DNA of 63,251 nucleotides, counting the filler, from Asterionella formosa (taxonomy: Eukaryota): the NCBI GenBank assembly GCA_002256025.1. It is 11 parts of 11 records of this genome, joined end to end, with 100 filler letters (N's around TTAATTAATTAA, not from the genome) between each part and the next. Parts side by side here need not be neighbours in the genome. Positions count along the whole stretch, not along the records: positions 24,599 to 49,035 come from NKIB01002245.1; positions 49,136 to 50,616 come from NKIB01002256.1; 9 more parts are not named here. One strand, given 5' to 3'. The position numbers and the translations under genes are program-made. The notes under the pieces were generated by a model, which saw nothing but the letters and a program-made list of their open reading frames with translations, was not told the origin of the DNA and did no database searches. How positions within the stretch are numbered: the stretch's first letter is position 1; each line of letters opens with the position of its first letter. Positions 37,064-49,155 of the stretch are shown piece by piece.

Positions 37064-38389
37064 CTACAATTCGGCATCAACCAAATCCACCTCATATTTA
37101 TGAAGCAATTTTACTCCCCCTTCAACTTCATCAGTAATTTTGTACGGCTCTACTCTGTCGGCCTCAACTCGAAATTCCATGATCAATGCATTATCTTCCC
37201 TGCGAATCGCTCGAAAAATATGCCCTTCCTCAGTCAAGAAAACAATTTCTTCTCCCAGTATCATGCCCTCTTCGATCAATTGTTCTGATTCTGGATCAAT
37301 GTCCGGATTTACCCACATCAAGTCAATTGTTCCATTTAAAACCAAATTAATGAAAGTGACCTCTACATCAAATGGCTCAAAAATCTCGTAAGGGTTCGTT
37401 CGTCCCCACTCTATGGAGAATTCTGCGATCAATGCGCCGTTTTCCCTTTGATAGGCTCGCCAAACATCACCAGCGTGGGCCACTACCTTAACCTCTTCTC
37501 CCACTGGCATGGCTTCTGTGTTCAACTTCTCGTTGGAAGAAGCACTACGTGCATCAACCCACGCCAAATCAACGGTTCCTTTTGTAAAGAAATTGATAAA
37601 GATCGCGTTAACTTCTGGATGCATTAATTGTCGCATAAACATATCCATATCAAAGAAAAACAGCAAGGAATACTTTGTTCCCTGCTCCAATGGAGCTATG
37701 GCATGCCAGACGGTGTAGTTGTGAAGTAAAACATCTCCTTGTTTGAGATCTGGAAATCTCGTAATGGTTGTATTTTCTCGTTTCACATTAGTAAGCCAAT
37801 CATATGTTTCCCAATCCTCAGGTACTATTGGAATGGATGTGGTTTCCACCATGCCCAAAGCGGCAGGAGGTCGAACATAAAACAACCCACCACCTTCGTA
37901 TGCATCATTCAAAAATATGTTCACGGTGAACATGTTCGAATCTTTATGTAATCTCAACATATTACGGTCCGAGGTGGGGGAATATTTTCTTACAAAAACC
38001 CAATCACATGTTGGGACATCTGCTCGAGCTTGTTCTAGATCCCACACTTCTTCTTTCATCATTTGGACCATATTGGTCAATCTTGGCATGATTGGTTCAA
38101 TGAGCTTCCACATAGATTTTTCCTGGATTCCCCCCTGATTTAGAATGTCAATTTGCTGAGAATATTTGTTAACCAGTTCATCGCTATCAATGCTGTCTTC
38201 CTCTAAAGGAAACCCTAGAGTTTCTGCTTCAGCAATAATGGTATTGCACCACTCTGATGTCACGATTCCTCGAACGGAGTCTACCCAAGGATTCAAGTGA
38301 CCATCCTCGTCGTCAGCTGGAAGTGCGGTACTGCAAACCAGAAACAGAAAGGGAAGGAGAACAGTTGAGTGGAGTGGTAGTATCAACAT
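37064..38389 (-). CDS. Secretory-pathway Fe(II)/2-oxoglutarate dioxygenase with two C-terminal beta-domain repeats
   Basis: Signal peptide from Met at 38389. LHKD...TVNIFLN.AYEGGG...WHAI...KYSL gives the HxD...H triad. Two ~70-aa C-terminal repeats; ends in DAEL. Confidence 0.8.
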   Translation of the reverse strand: MLILPLHSTVLLPFLFLVCSTALPADDEDGHLNPWVDSVRGIVTSEWCNTIIAEAETLGFPLEEDSIDSDELVNKYSQQIDILNQGGIQEKSMWKLIEPIMPRLTNMVQMMKEEVWDLEQARADVPTCDWVFVRKYSPTSDRNMLRLHKDSNMFTVNIFLNDAYEGGGLFYVRPPAALGMVETTSIPIVPEDWETYDWLTNVKRENTTITRFPDLKQGDVLLHNYTVWHAIAPLEQGTKYSLLFFFDMDMFMRQLMHPEVNAIFINFFTKGTVDLAWVDARSASSNEKLNTEAMPVGEEVKVVAHAGDVWRAYQRENGALIAEFSIEWGRTNPYEIFEPFDVEVTFINLVLNGTIDLMWVNPDIDPESEQLIEEGMILGEEIVFLTEEGHIFRAIRREDNALIMEFRVEADRVEPYKITDEVEGGVKLLHKYEVDLVDAEL

Positions 38390-38739
38390 TATGTGAGTAA
38401 TTATCAATGTTCCGATAGATGAACAGTTCTGAGCATGGAAAAATGAACTTGTTTTAAGACTTCTATTTACCGATATATTTTTTTGTGATGTGACGACAAA
38501 CATGATAAAGATTCCTCTATCCTAGAGAAGAAATTGTTTGGTCTAGCCTTACCGGTACTCTGTACTCCCTCTTACCGGTACTGGCGGAACCTGGTATTGT
38601 AGACTTTGGTTGTGGCATGGATGATTTGGAATGCCAGGTGCAAACACTGTTCTTAATATTTTGAATCGTTCTCCGTTTTTCCATGATTTGTCAACTGGAA
38701 GGACTCCGAAAGTAAACTTTGCAATCAACAACCAATAAC

Positions 38740-40323
38740 ACAATCTGGGGTATTATTTGGTTGATGTATTCTACCAAATTGCCATATATTTGTCAAGACA
38801 ATTTCAGAGACACCACAAGCATGGTCCAAAGCAGAGTTATCTCTCGATGTGTCAGGAGGCACAGCACAAGGACATTGAGTGAGCATTTGGAGTTCAACAG
38901 GCCAGCTGGAGGATCTTTGCACTTCCATGTAAACTTGGATCAGTGGCCACTATGAACAGTGTAGTCTAATCATTGCATGCATGATTTTGCATAACATGAT
39001 CATTGAGGACAAATGACTNNNNNNNNNNNNNNNNNNNNNNNNNNNNNNNNNNNNNNNNNNNNNNNNNNNNNNNNNNNNNNNNNNNNNNNNNNNNNNNNNN
39101 NNNNNNNNNNNNNNNNNNNNNNNNNNNNNNNNNNNNNNNNNNNNNNNNNNNNNNNNNNNNNNNNNNNNNNNNNNNNNNNNNNNNNNNNNNNNNNNNNNNN
39201 NNNNNNNNNNNNNNNNNNNNNNNNNNNNNNNNNNNNNNNNNNNNNNNNNNNNNNNNNNNNNNNNNNNNNNNNNNNNNNNNNNNNNNNNNNNNNNNNNNNN
39301 NNNNNNNNNNAATGACTAGTGGATTGAAAATGAGGACAAATAGTAGATAATAATTTGATTTGAGATTAACATTTTGAAGTGCAAAATACAAGTTCTAGGT
39401 TGGCGCTAATGAAATGAATAGTGTAATGTAATGTCTCTAAAATCAAACTGTTTAATACTCTTGTTGTCCAGTCTCTAGAATCGAAACATCATCAGTAGAT
39501 GGTGAACAAGAAGTTGAAGTATCAATTTCAACTGAACTGCCTGACTCCAAAGAACTTGTCTTGGTTTTTTGCGTGATGGTTTTGAACTATCCTCCATCTC
39601 CTCCATAGCTACTTGAGCCTTCATAGCAAACTACCTTGTGGCTTCCTCTGAATTACTATTAAGCGAAAAAATCTTCGACAAAAATTCATCACGTTGCATC
39701 TTCGCCTTTCTTTCCAACATCTGCACATGTTTTTGCTCAATGACAAGCTGAACATTTGCGAGTAGCTTGCTGTTCTTCGCTGCTTTTGTCCCCATGGGAC
39801 GCACCCTAAGTAACTCAGGACCCTTCGTTGTGATTTGCTGCTGATCTCAGATACCCAGGCCTGAGAGAGTGCTTCGTCCTCTTCCTTCTCCCACATGACA
39901 CCGGAACCCATCCTGATGATGATTATTATTTTATGATGTTGTCCCAATATGTATATGCGCCAACATCACATTGGCCTATAGTTCAACAAGAAGAGGCTAT
40001 GATACTAGTGAATGTACTGTAATTCTGCATTCAACTTTTAAACCATAAGCATTAGAGTGCTGGCACGAGCCATAATCTAAACCAATAGAAATGCTTCTTT
40101 TATTTGGCTATGCATGGTCGGAGTCTAATCGACCAAATACCTGATATTTGGTCAATTAGGGACTCATCCTCGACCGAGGCCAAAGCATATTTGGTTGTGG
40201 TCGTTGTGGTGGCTAAAATATTTTTGCTTTTCTGACCAACATGATGCATCATGACGTGCATTGACCTGTAACTTCAATTGGCTTGCTTGGTTTCGTTTGG
40301 TCGATGCGGTGGCGATGCTCTAA
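38740..40323 (+). mobile_element. Degraded PIF/Harbinger DNA transposon
   Basis: Transposase remnants YYLVD, QEAQHKDIE*AFGV, LHNMIIED (+ strand). Myb/SANT-like WEKEEDEALSQAW on the - strand (~39850-39897). Terminus GGTGGCGATGCTC followed by TAA at 40308-40323. Confidence 0.75.
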
Positions 40324-40384
40324 CAGAAGACACCTACTGGAAAAATCTTGATTAATTGTGATACTATATACCGGAATGTTACTA

Positions 40385-40460
40385 CCAGCAAGTTGCGGTC
40401 ATTTTGCTTGAATAAACAATTAAATATAGGATAAAGATAGATAAAGTTTCAGTTTCAGCA
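40385..40460 (+). repeat. Short dispersed repeat
   Basis: GCAAGTTGCGGTCATTTTGCTT...GGATAAAGA...AGTTTCAGC also occurs at 57111-57185. Confidence 0.75.
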
Positions 40461-40689
40461 CAATCACCACAAGCAACTTGCAGATACCAGTAGCCATGTG
40501 ATATGGCTGCAGGCATAGCGGTAGTTTTATACACATACACCATATTTGTACAAGAGACTACCTGGGTATCTGGTACTGTCATGGATGGGTGTAGGGCCCT
40601 CCTTGTTTCCCATATATAGATCGAGTTAGCAAGTAATCAGAGTAGTAGATACTGGTGCCATCTGTTGCAGCTGCTACAAAGGGAGCAAA

Positions 40690-41640
40690 ATCGGAACCAA
40701 ATGTGTTGAAGCATTGTTGTGCTGTAGATATATTCGTTTGTTTCCATCAGGCCACTTCGCTTTGATCATTGGTAAAACATTAATAAGAATCATGTCAGCA
40801 TATGACTGCTTTATCACTGGGAGTTACTTTGTTTCCATTATCCCCTCTGCTGGTTGATAAATTAAACTTCTTTGCGCTGCTACTTGGTGCATGAATGGCC
40901 AAATTCCAATTTTACCATCAAATGTACACACCTTTTTGTTGTCAAAACGTGGAAGAGTTACAGCTGAAAGGAACATTACCTGTACAATATGCTCCTTATG
41001 TTTCATTCGCCTGCTTGTGGAAGCCTCTGCCTTCTCCATGAGCAGGATATATTTTCAACTTTACTTTCTTCTGCAATAAAGAACCACTTTTTATGAATAT
41101 GGACCTGGTCATAGAAGCCATCATAGCTAATATCCAAACAGTCCAGGATTGAAATCAACGTCAGGGGAAGGGTGCTCTTGATCTGGATGGCTTAATTGGA
41201 AATGGTTAACACAAAACATAAAATGACTAATCTTACTCTCCTCTGTAACAAGCTTCGGCTTGAACGCACTTGTGTGTGTTTGCATTCTCTCTAATAATCC
41301 TTAGCAATCCAAAAGAGTGTTGACTTTGGAACTGCAAGAGCACCTGCTAATTTACGATAAGTCTTACATTTGCGATATGGGATACCTCTAATAAATGCAA
41401 GATTTTCTTCACGATCGTATTTGAGAGAACAGCCAACACAGAATTTGCAGGAAAACAACGCAAACACATCATTATCACTGTTATCAAAGGATTCGAGCAC
41501 GCGGTTCCATATATGTGCATTGTACAGTTGTTTTATCTACTTTGAACAGTCCTGCCAAATATTTAACGGTTCCATGCACAAAACAAACCGACCATCTATT
41601 TCATCACCTTCATCAGGTGCTTTTTTGGGGTTCCACAAAC
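40690..41640 (-). mobile_element. Degraded Tc1/mariner transposase (plant/oomycete DD39D-like)
   Basis: VHIHKKWF, VMFLSAV..PRFD....FDGKIGIWPF....AQRS and an HTH-like TYRKLAGALAVPKSTL; multiple stops and frameshifts. Confidence 0.8.
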
Positions 41641-42598
41641 CATACTTCAACATAAGTTTGATGCTCTTCTGGTGTTAGAGGATCCTTTCTCATATGTTTG
41701 TTGAGAATAGGTTTAGATAAAACACCGTTTTTGTACGTGACTTTTTGTTCTTCGCGGAGTTTCCGTCAACTCCCAGTGTACAACCGGTACATACCGTTAC
41801 ATCACAATCACACACAAATGCATTCACCAGCCCTCAACACTTACCGGTATGTACCGGTATCGGTTCACACTTTCTTGGGATTGTTGTATGGGGGCTGACG
41901 CTATGTGGGTCGACGTTGGCGCGCCCGATTATGCATGCTCAAGTTACTTAAGCAACATCAGGGGATAGGGATAGGTTTATGACAAGAATCATCTGCAGAA
42001 TAAATCGCATGCGATATTTTTGTAGACAGTTACGTATATCACAAAACAATGAATCCTTAAAGGGGTANNNNNNNNNNNNNNNNNNNNNNNNNNNNNNNNN
42101 NNNNNNNNNNNNNNNNNNNNNNNNNNNNNNNNNNNNNNNNNNNNNNNNNNNNNNNNNNNNNNNNNNNNNNNNNNNNNNNNNNNNNNNNNNNNNNNNNNNN
42201 NNNNNNNNNNNNNNNNNNNNNNNNNNNNNNNNNNNNNNNNNNNNNNNNNNNNNNNNNNNNNNNNNNNNNNNNNNNNNNNNNNNNNNNNNNNNNNNNNNNN
42301 NNNNNNNNNNNNNNNNNNNNNNNNNNNNNNNNNNNNNNNNNNNNNNNNNNNNNNNNNNNNNNNNNNNNNNNNNNNNNNNNNNNNNNNNNNNNNNNNNNNN
42401 NNNNNNNNNNNNNNNNNNNNNNNNNNNNNNNNNNNNNNNNNNNNNNNNNNNNNNNNNNNNNNNNNNNNNNNNNNNNNNNNNNNNNNNNNNNNNNNNNNNN
42501 NNNNNNNNNNNNNNNNNNNNNNNNNNNNNNNNNGTGTATCATACTTTATGTACCTGCACAAAGAGAAAGTCGGGGCGCAAAATGCAACATAAATCACA

Positions 42599-43900
42599 AT
42601 GACAGTCGCTTTTGTTTCGTCGACGAATCCTCGAAACGACGACGTTATGCCATCACAAGTGGGAGGCTTTATTCCACCCGGAGCAAGAAGGAAATTTCTT
42701 TTGAGATCTCAACAAAGACAGCGAGATAAGATGCGAGATATTGTCTACTTGATTTTAGTGATCCTCATGTTTCTCACGTTTGTATTTTATAACTTGAACC
42801 AACGAAAGAGGCTCAAACTAATGGCGCAAGTCCATGCGAAGCGGCCTAGGCTGAGAGGCAAAAACGCTTCTTGGGTGGCCCCAGATGCACAACCTTTTGT
42901 AAGTTTAAACCAAATCGAACATTTGCCATCCCCTTTTCGACATTTTCTGATCTCAACTTTTGCAACCCAGAATCAAGATGCACGAGCAACGAAAGCGCGA
43001 CACCTGATCGTTGTGGCAGGTCATAGTGTAGTCATATCAGGAAATCTTGAAGAAGCAGGGACTGACGAAAATGTGTGGTACGTTTTGGTAGCTCCTCGAA
43101 ACGAAGTTGAGACGCACGTCACAAATCTTCTAACTGTCGAATGATGCTCAGGTTCCTCTTGGATTATCAAAAAGGCCGGGGATTGCCACATGCCATTGTG
43201 GCTCACATTAAGGCTGGTATTGAAGAGGCAAATAAAGATCCAGACTCACTTTTGATATTCTCAGGTGGAGAGACTCGGTCCATCGCAGGACCCCTGACGG
43301 AAGGGTCATCATACTTTCGTGTAGCAGACGCTATGGAACTGTGGCCCGAAGGTTCAACAGTCAGAGCCAGAACAATCACAGAAGAGTTTGCAACAGACTC
43401 TTTCGAAAATCTGTGAGTTGTCATGCTTGACTTTGCCTCAACGTTGAACACAATATCTGACACACTGATTTTTCGCCTGTAACACCAGCCTCTTTTCCCT
43501 TTGCCGCTTCAAAGAAGTGACAGGAAGTTACCCAACAAAGATAACCATTGTATCTTTTACGTTCAAACAACATCGTTTTGAAAATCTCCATACTCCAGCG
43601 CTCCAATTTCCCTCCGCCAATGTTCGCTACATAGGTGTTGACCCTTCGCCATCAACTGGTTTTGATTTGCAAGCAAGTACCAAAGGCGAGGACGAGAACG
43701 CCGCTCGGCCGTTTGAGAGCGACCCTTATGGATGTCATACCCCAGTCCTGCAAGAGAAGCGACGCTCGAGAAATCCGTTTTCGCGGACGCCACCATATGA
43801 ATTGAGTTGCCCAGATATGAGGGCTTTATTGAATCATTGTGGGCCTGAGTTGTTTCCTAGAGATAAGGTGCCATGGAGTCACTTATGGTTGGCGCCATGA
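42599..43900 (+). CDS. DUF218-like conserved protein with an N-terminal TM anchor
   Basis: Exons 42599-43077 (alternative ATG at 42647), 43152-43412 and 43489-43900. HLIVVAGH, LLIFSGGETR, TEEFATDSFENLLFSLCRF, ITIVSFTFK..RF..LH. Confidence 0.8.
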
Positions 43901-43997
43901 CAGTAGAGACAAGGATAATGCACATGTTATTGGTTAGATTAGATTTGAAGTCGAGGGCATGTAGCTATGTGTAGGGCAGCTTGCTGCTTCACTTTTT

Positions 43998-44604
43998 TTA
44001 TTTTTCTATCACTGTGTCACGAACACAGTTCTCGAGTCCCTTAATCAAATAATCACAATCTCCTTTCCCCTCCTTTAGGCAAGTCGTAAGAAATGTTCTT
44101 GTTTCCACGCACAATTCCTTCCTTACCGAGATTTGCTTTTGCTGATGTGTTTTTAACAACTGATCAGCATCGTAGTTCAACTGATGAAACAGATCACTAA
44201 ACTTAGCATTTAAGGCGTCAGCTTCTTGGTCCGCTGCTTTGAATTTTGTGTCATAATATTTCTGCATAGCCAAAACTTGTTGTTGGACTCTCAGGGTTCG
44301 TTCGGTCTGCTCCGCTTCGAGCTCACAATTTGCTTTCTTGATTTTCAGCTGGTCTCGCAGAACCTTTACTTCAAAATCTTGCTTGATTTGGCCTACGTGA
44401 AGTTGCACGGTTAGAAAAATTAGAATTATTGTGTGAACAGAAACCGAAACGACAAAAATGCTGCACAATTAATCCATCGGCTCATCACGCCGAAAAAACG
44501 TTATTTCATTTACTACCGGCCCAGTACTCACTCTGAAGTTCCGGCGAAAGCATTGTTCCTGATCCTGCTGGAACTTCAGCTTCTACCGATGCTCCATTCC
44601 CCAT
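43998..44604 (-). CDS. Mic19/CHCHD3-like protein (myristoylation motif, coiled coil, twin CX9C)
   Basis: Exons 44604-44532 (MGNGASVEAE...) and 44392-43998, joined by a GTGAG...TAG intron. C-terminal C-VETRTFLTT-C and C-DYLIKGLEN-C. Confidence 0.65.
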
Positions 44605-45613
44605 CGTATGGTACTGGTAGACTGTTAATGATAGAGTAGTGACGAATCAAACGCAGTTGATAGGCAAGAATGATGTTTGGTGCCACGAAAACAGCTACCA
44701 AATATCGGAGTCATCGGAAGCCGCTGCGTATTTGCGTAATAGATACCAGTAGTCTACCGTACCTGGTACTCCGTGCTACCCTGGTACCTACCGGTACGGT
44801 ACCATGTTGTAGTCTAACCTGTAAAACCATATCAAAACCAAGCAAAAAATATTTTTCTATAAAACAATTTTGGAAAATTGATTCTAGTAAGACGTTTCTG
44901 ATAATTTCGACTTCAAAAGGCCTAAAATCTCGTTTTGAGTGCAAAAAAGAAAAGTTGGGCGCTGCGACTTGTTAACGTCAGTGTCAAATCAGCACACACT
45001 ATCACCTCTGCCGTCTATACGGGCACGAGGTAGACAGTTGTAATCTAGTTTTCATAAATTCGGATACCTAGAGCGAACATGACATGACATGACATGTCAT
45101 CTCATGGAAGGTCACATCATACGCATATCGTTCATCGGTACATCATGCAGATACAAAATCACTGAAGCTAGAATACGATACCAGGTCCCTGCTGGGTAGT
45201 ACTCTCCCTTTTTGTGAAATATCTAAAAGCAATTGTGGTACCAGGTACCAGGTGCCAGGTACACCGAGACCTTTTATCTCGTTCCCGGAAGCTACATTAC
45301 ATAGCTAGACTCAATCAAACCGAGGGACTCACACCATCAGCTATGGCTACTTCAGGTAGGTTAGTTCAGCATCGATCATAGCTTAAGATTTCAAGAATCC
45401 CTTACAGTCCAACGAAGTCGAAACCCAAACCTTAAAACAAAGATGATAAACGACTTCCCAAAGTAAACTACAACTCTCGCACTACTATTCTACTTAACGG
45501 TGGCTATAGTAAAAGGAACTACTATAGACACAAAGTATTATACATTTCATACTATTCTACTTTTAGTAGCTTGTTGTAGACGAAACCGCAACCATGTCAT
45601 AGTCCGTAAAATC

Positions 45614-47005
45614 TCACAATACGAAACCCTTGCTGGCCAGAGACTCTCCCAACCTAGCAAAAGCCCAAGAAGGGACAGATCCATCCAAGGAACTGCCCTT
45701 GGGCTTCTTCTTACAAGTCGGGCAGCCACTCGTATCGCAATCAACAAAGGAGTGGCAGCCCGAAAGCCAACGATCAATGCATCCCATGTGAAAGGCATGC
45801 TCGCACGGCAAGACGCGAAGACGGTCGCCGTCGCAAAATGCTTCCAAGCAAATGACGCAGACAGCTTCGTGTTTGGGAGGAGTGTCGACGGCTTCAGGGA
45901 TAATTAGCCAGCTCCCATCGCCAATGTCGTCGTACTCCTTTGTAGGTGGCTTGGTAGGGACCCTGTACGTGGTGGTGGGGAGGTTCCAAATGCTTTCCAC
46001 GTCCAAATGTCGAGCAGCATTTCGTGCCATTCTGGCAATGTCCATTTGGGTGATGACAAAGTCTTGATCATTCGCAGTCTCTTCAAAATGAATGGCAGAA
46101 TGAAAGGACGATTGCCCGCCAACAAGAAAATCGCTGTCAGCTTGGCTCCTATAGTACGTTTCTCTTGAAGCACAGTCAGACTCATCGTCAACCGCAGACA
46201 AAATGGTCGAAGCAGAATTAGCTAGGCCATCGTTACACATGTATTGAGCGGAGACGACGATGTTACGGGCTTCAATGTTGTCCAAAGGCAACAGCGTTCC
46301 CACAGTCTGGATAGAGCTTGTCGATGATTCATCATCATCGGTTTCATCGTCCGAACTCTCGTGGCCGTACAACGGACGCTCCGGTCGTTCAACGGTAGGT
46401 TTGCCAGTCCGCTGCTCGTGACGGTAACCACAGGAACTCTCATCATGAGCCAACGGAAAGAGAAACCACGAAGCCAGTCGACTCAACACTTGAATGGTGG
46501 CCGAAGGGCTTCCTGCTTCGCAATTTTGAATACTACGATGAATAGCGTCAAAGTCCACATTCAAATCAGTAAGGATGGCAGGGGCACCGCCTTTCAACTT
46601 GCCGTCAACGACAGGGTAATGACACGAGTACATGCACTTGCCAACAGTCATCTTCTTGGAGTAGGTATTCACCAAAGTCTCGATAGTCCTTTCCATCTGT
46701 TCCAGCCTCTTAAGCTGCAGACGGGAAGGGGCTATCTGACGAAACCGCCCAATGTGTGGGGATGATTTCACGTGAAAAGACTTTGGACAGGGAAACAAGC
46801 TCTCGTAAAGTTTCTTCTCGAAGAGAGCCTCAAATCGATCAGATGCCGACGGGGCGTGGCGGATGAAGCCTACGTAGGGGTTGTTTTTATGCAACCGATT
46901 ACGAATTACAATGCTGGCGCGGCCTTGCATCGTGGAATGTCGTAGCAACCGAGGGTGAAGCGTTGAATGCCTCCGCAAACGAACTTGATTGTTTGGATTC
47001 TCCAT
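45614..47005 (-). CDS. RING-H2 zinc finger protein (putative E3 ubiquitin ligase)
   Basis: CVICLEAF...[16 protein letters not shown]...CPTC near the C-terminus of a 463-aa ORF. Confidence 0.9.
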   Translation of the reverse strand: MENPNNQVRLRRHSTLHPRLLRHSTMQGRASIVIRNRLHKNNPYVGFIRHAPSASDRFEALFEKKLYESLFPCPKSFHVKSSPHIGRFRQIAPSRLQLKRLEQMERTIETLVNTYSKKMTVGKCMYSCHYPVVDGKLKGGAPAILTDLNVDFDAIHRSIQNCEAGSPSATIQVLSRLASWFLFPLAHDESSCGYRHEQRTGKPTVERPERPLYGHESSDDETDDDESSTSSIQTVGTLLPLDNIEARNIVVSAQYMCNDGLANSASTILSAVDDESDCASRETYYRSQADSDFLVGGQSSFHSAIHFEETANDQDFVITQMDIARMARNAARHLDVESIWNLPTTTYRVPTKPPTKEYDDIGDGSWLIIPEAVDTPPKHEAVCVICLEAFCDGDRLRVLPCEHAFHMGCIDRWLSGCHSFVDCDTSGCPTCKKKPKGSSLDGSVPSWAFARLGESLASKGFVL

Positions 47006-47747
47006 TTTGGTTTAATTCGTCGACGGACAACTACTTCTACGTGCATCAATTAAGCGAGGAAGAGGTGGTAGGGAGCTTCAACAGGAAGAGGGTCTAATGC
47101 TGTCAATGTTCTTTCCTTTGCGAAGGGATTGCTTGCCAGGCGTCAACTACTTTTAAGAACAAATGATGTCCCTTGTACGGTATCTACCGGTATGGTAGAA
47201 TTTTAGATTGGACGAAGAATGAATTTGTAAATACCGTGCATATACCCGTATACTACTAGCTAATGTATGATAGACTCTAGTTGTATTACAAGGTACCAGG
47301 GTACTATGTACGAAAAATACGAATTGCAAGCAGAAAGAATTTCCGCGAAGGGTTCTTTCTGGTTAAAATACTACGTAGGAATTGTATGTAGCAGCAGACG
47401 TCAATCAAGACCCGGAGAGGATGACATCGTATTCTGCTTTCAATCAATTTAGACATTCTTTATCCCAGAGTAGATCAAGAATTCTCCACGCACCTCGCCC
47501 TCCGCCTGCCTGCCTTCGAATTCTTCTTTGGCTGCCTCCTCGTGCGTTTGAACCATTTTGTCGTCGTTGAGGATGAATGCCGAATGTCATATCAGTAATC
47601 TACGACCGGGCACCGGTATGTATTATCAACGGGTTGTTACCCGATGCTTACACTTGCGACAGCTGACTATGATACCCGATGCAACTACCGGTACCGGTAT
47701 TGTACAGTACCTGGTACTCAGGGAGCACCTCGTACCGGCACCATCAG

Positions 47748-48722
47748 TGTTGAAAGGTCTCGTACTCCTTCCCGTCTGACGGAATCCTCTTACGTAAAAC
47801 TTACCTGTTATACCACTAGTATTGTTATCTTCTTTCTGCTGCTAGCCTTCGTGCTAGTTTTCGCTATTGACCTTACTCTGTCAATTCTCACTGTTTCTTA
47901 ATTATAAGATTAAACTAAAACTAAGTTTCAATCCCATTCATCACACTTCGAGAACCTGTTCTTCGTGTTCCCTTTTCGTTGATGTAAACCTTCTTCTGAT
48001 TGATCTAAGACATCAATCTCGTTAGCAAGCTTCTTGACATGGGAACGCACCATTTGACTCATTGGACTGTAGTCGAGTCCACAGTCCTTGTGACTCATTA
48101 TAGCCATTGATGCTATATTCTTGACATCCTCCTCGTTACCATGTTCAAGAAGTTCTAAAATTGTACCACTCAACACGGGTCCAGATAACCTTGTAAAAAT
48201 CTGCTCTTTGACATTCTTCGTCAAAATGTCTGCTGGATTGTTTTCTGATCTTAGAAAAACAATATGCAACTCACCCTCATCTATCATGTTCTTGACATGA
48301 TGAAACTTAATATCAATGTGTTTTTGTAGTGGACCTTGTTCCGTGATATTAAAATCCTCCTTGATCATATTTTTCATGAAGTCCACTGCATTCCTGGTAC
48401 CACAAATAATTCCATCATCCACATAGTTTGCCAACAGCCCTTCAATTTGTCCATCGTTGTTACGGTAGATAAACAACATTGGATCTATTTCGCTTTTCGT
48501 TATACCTGTCTTGCTGGTGATGCATTTCGCAAATGTCTTGGACCAGCATCTTGGAGCTTGTACACTTCCATACATAGCCTTAATTAATTTGCAGATATGT
48601 ATATTCTGATCGATCCCTGTCAATCCTTCTGGGGGCTCAATATAAATGTCTTCGTCGACTTCAGCATTTAAAAACGCTGCTTCAACATCGATTGCTTCCG
48701 CTATCCAACCATAGTACAAAGT
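47748..48722 (-). mobile_element. Ty1/Copia remnant with internally deleted RT/RNase H and a 3' LTR
   Basis: IDVEAAFLN, KLIKAMYG.VQAPR.W, YVDD, HIDIKFH, NPADILTKN. PPT GAGGAGGA, then TGTCAAG (48126) ... TCAACA (47748) on the - strand. Confidence 0.85.
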
Positions 48723-48892
48723 TGTTGAAATATATGGCGCTACTCTAGCGCGCTCCAGTACTGCCCTGGAATGACCGGTCAAGATCTTTCTCACGCCGCT
48801 CGTCTGCAGCTTCTTCTGCTATATAAATCCTGTCTATTTCCGTTTAGACATTCCTCAGACTACCTAGTCTTCGGACACCTGTCGACATCAAC
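48723..48892 (+). mobile_element. Possible second LTR abutting the Copia RT
   Basis: Starts TGTTGA, ends TCAACA, contains TATATAAA. Located where RT homology stops. No TSD seen. Confidence 0.45.
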
Positions 48893-49155
48893 AGCCTAAC
48901 AGACACAATCTGACACCCTCCCCTGTTGATGCTCGACATACCACATCATCCTAATGTGTATGCTCGACACATCCTTTCCTACAGGAATTCTCATAGTGCC
49001 TTCTCGTTTTCTACGTCTCTGTTTTTCTTTTTCTCNNNNNNNNNNNNNNNNNNNNNNNNNNNNNNNNNNNNNNNNNNNNTTAATTAATTAANNNNNNNNN
49101 NNNNNNNNNNNNNNNNNNNNNNNNNNNNNNNNNNNTGATCAGCCAATCAAGTAAG

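Noticed and set aside
38966..42602. ORFs containing long X runs
   Set aside because: Artefacts of translating through N gaps.
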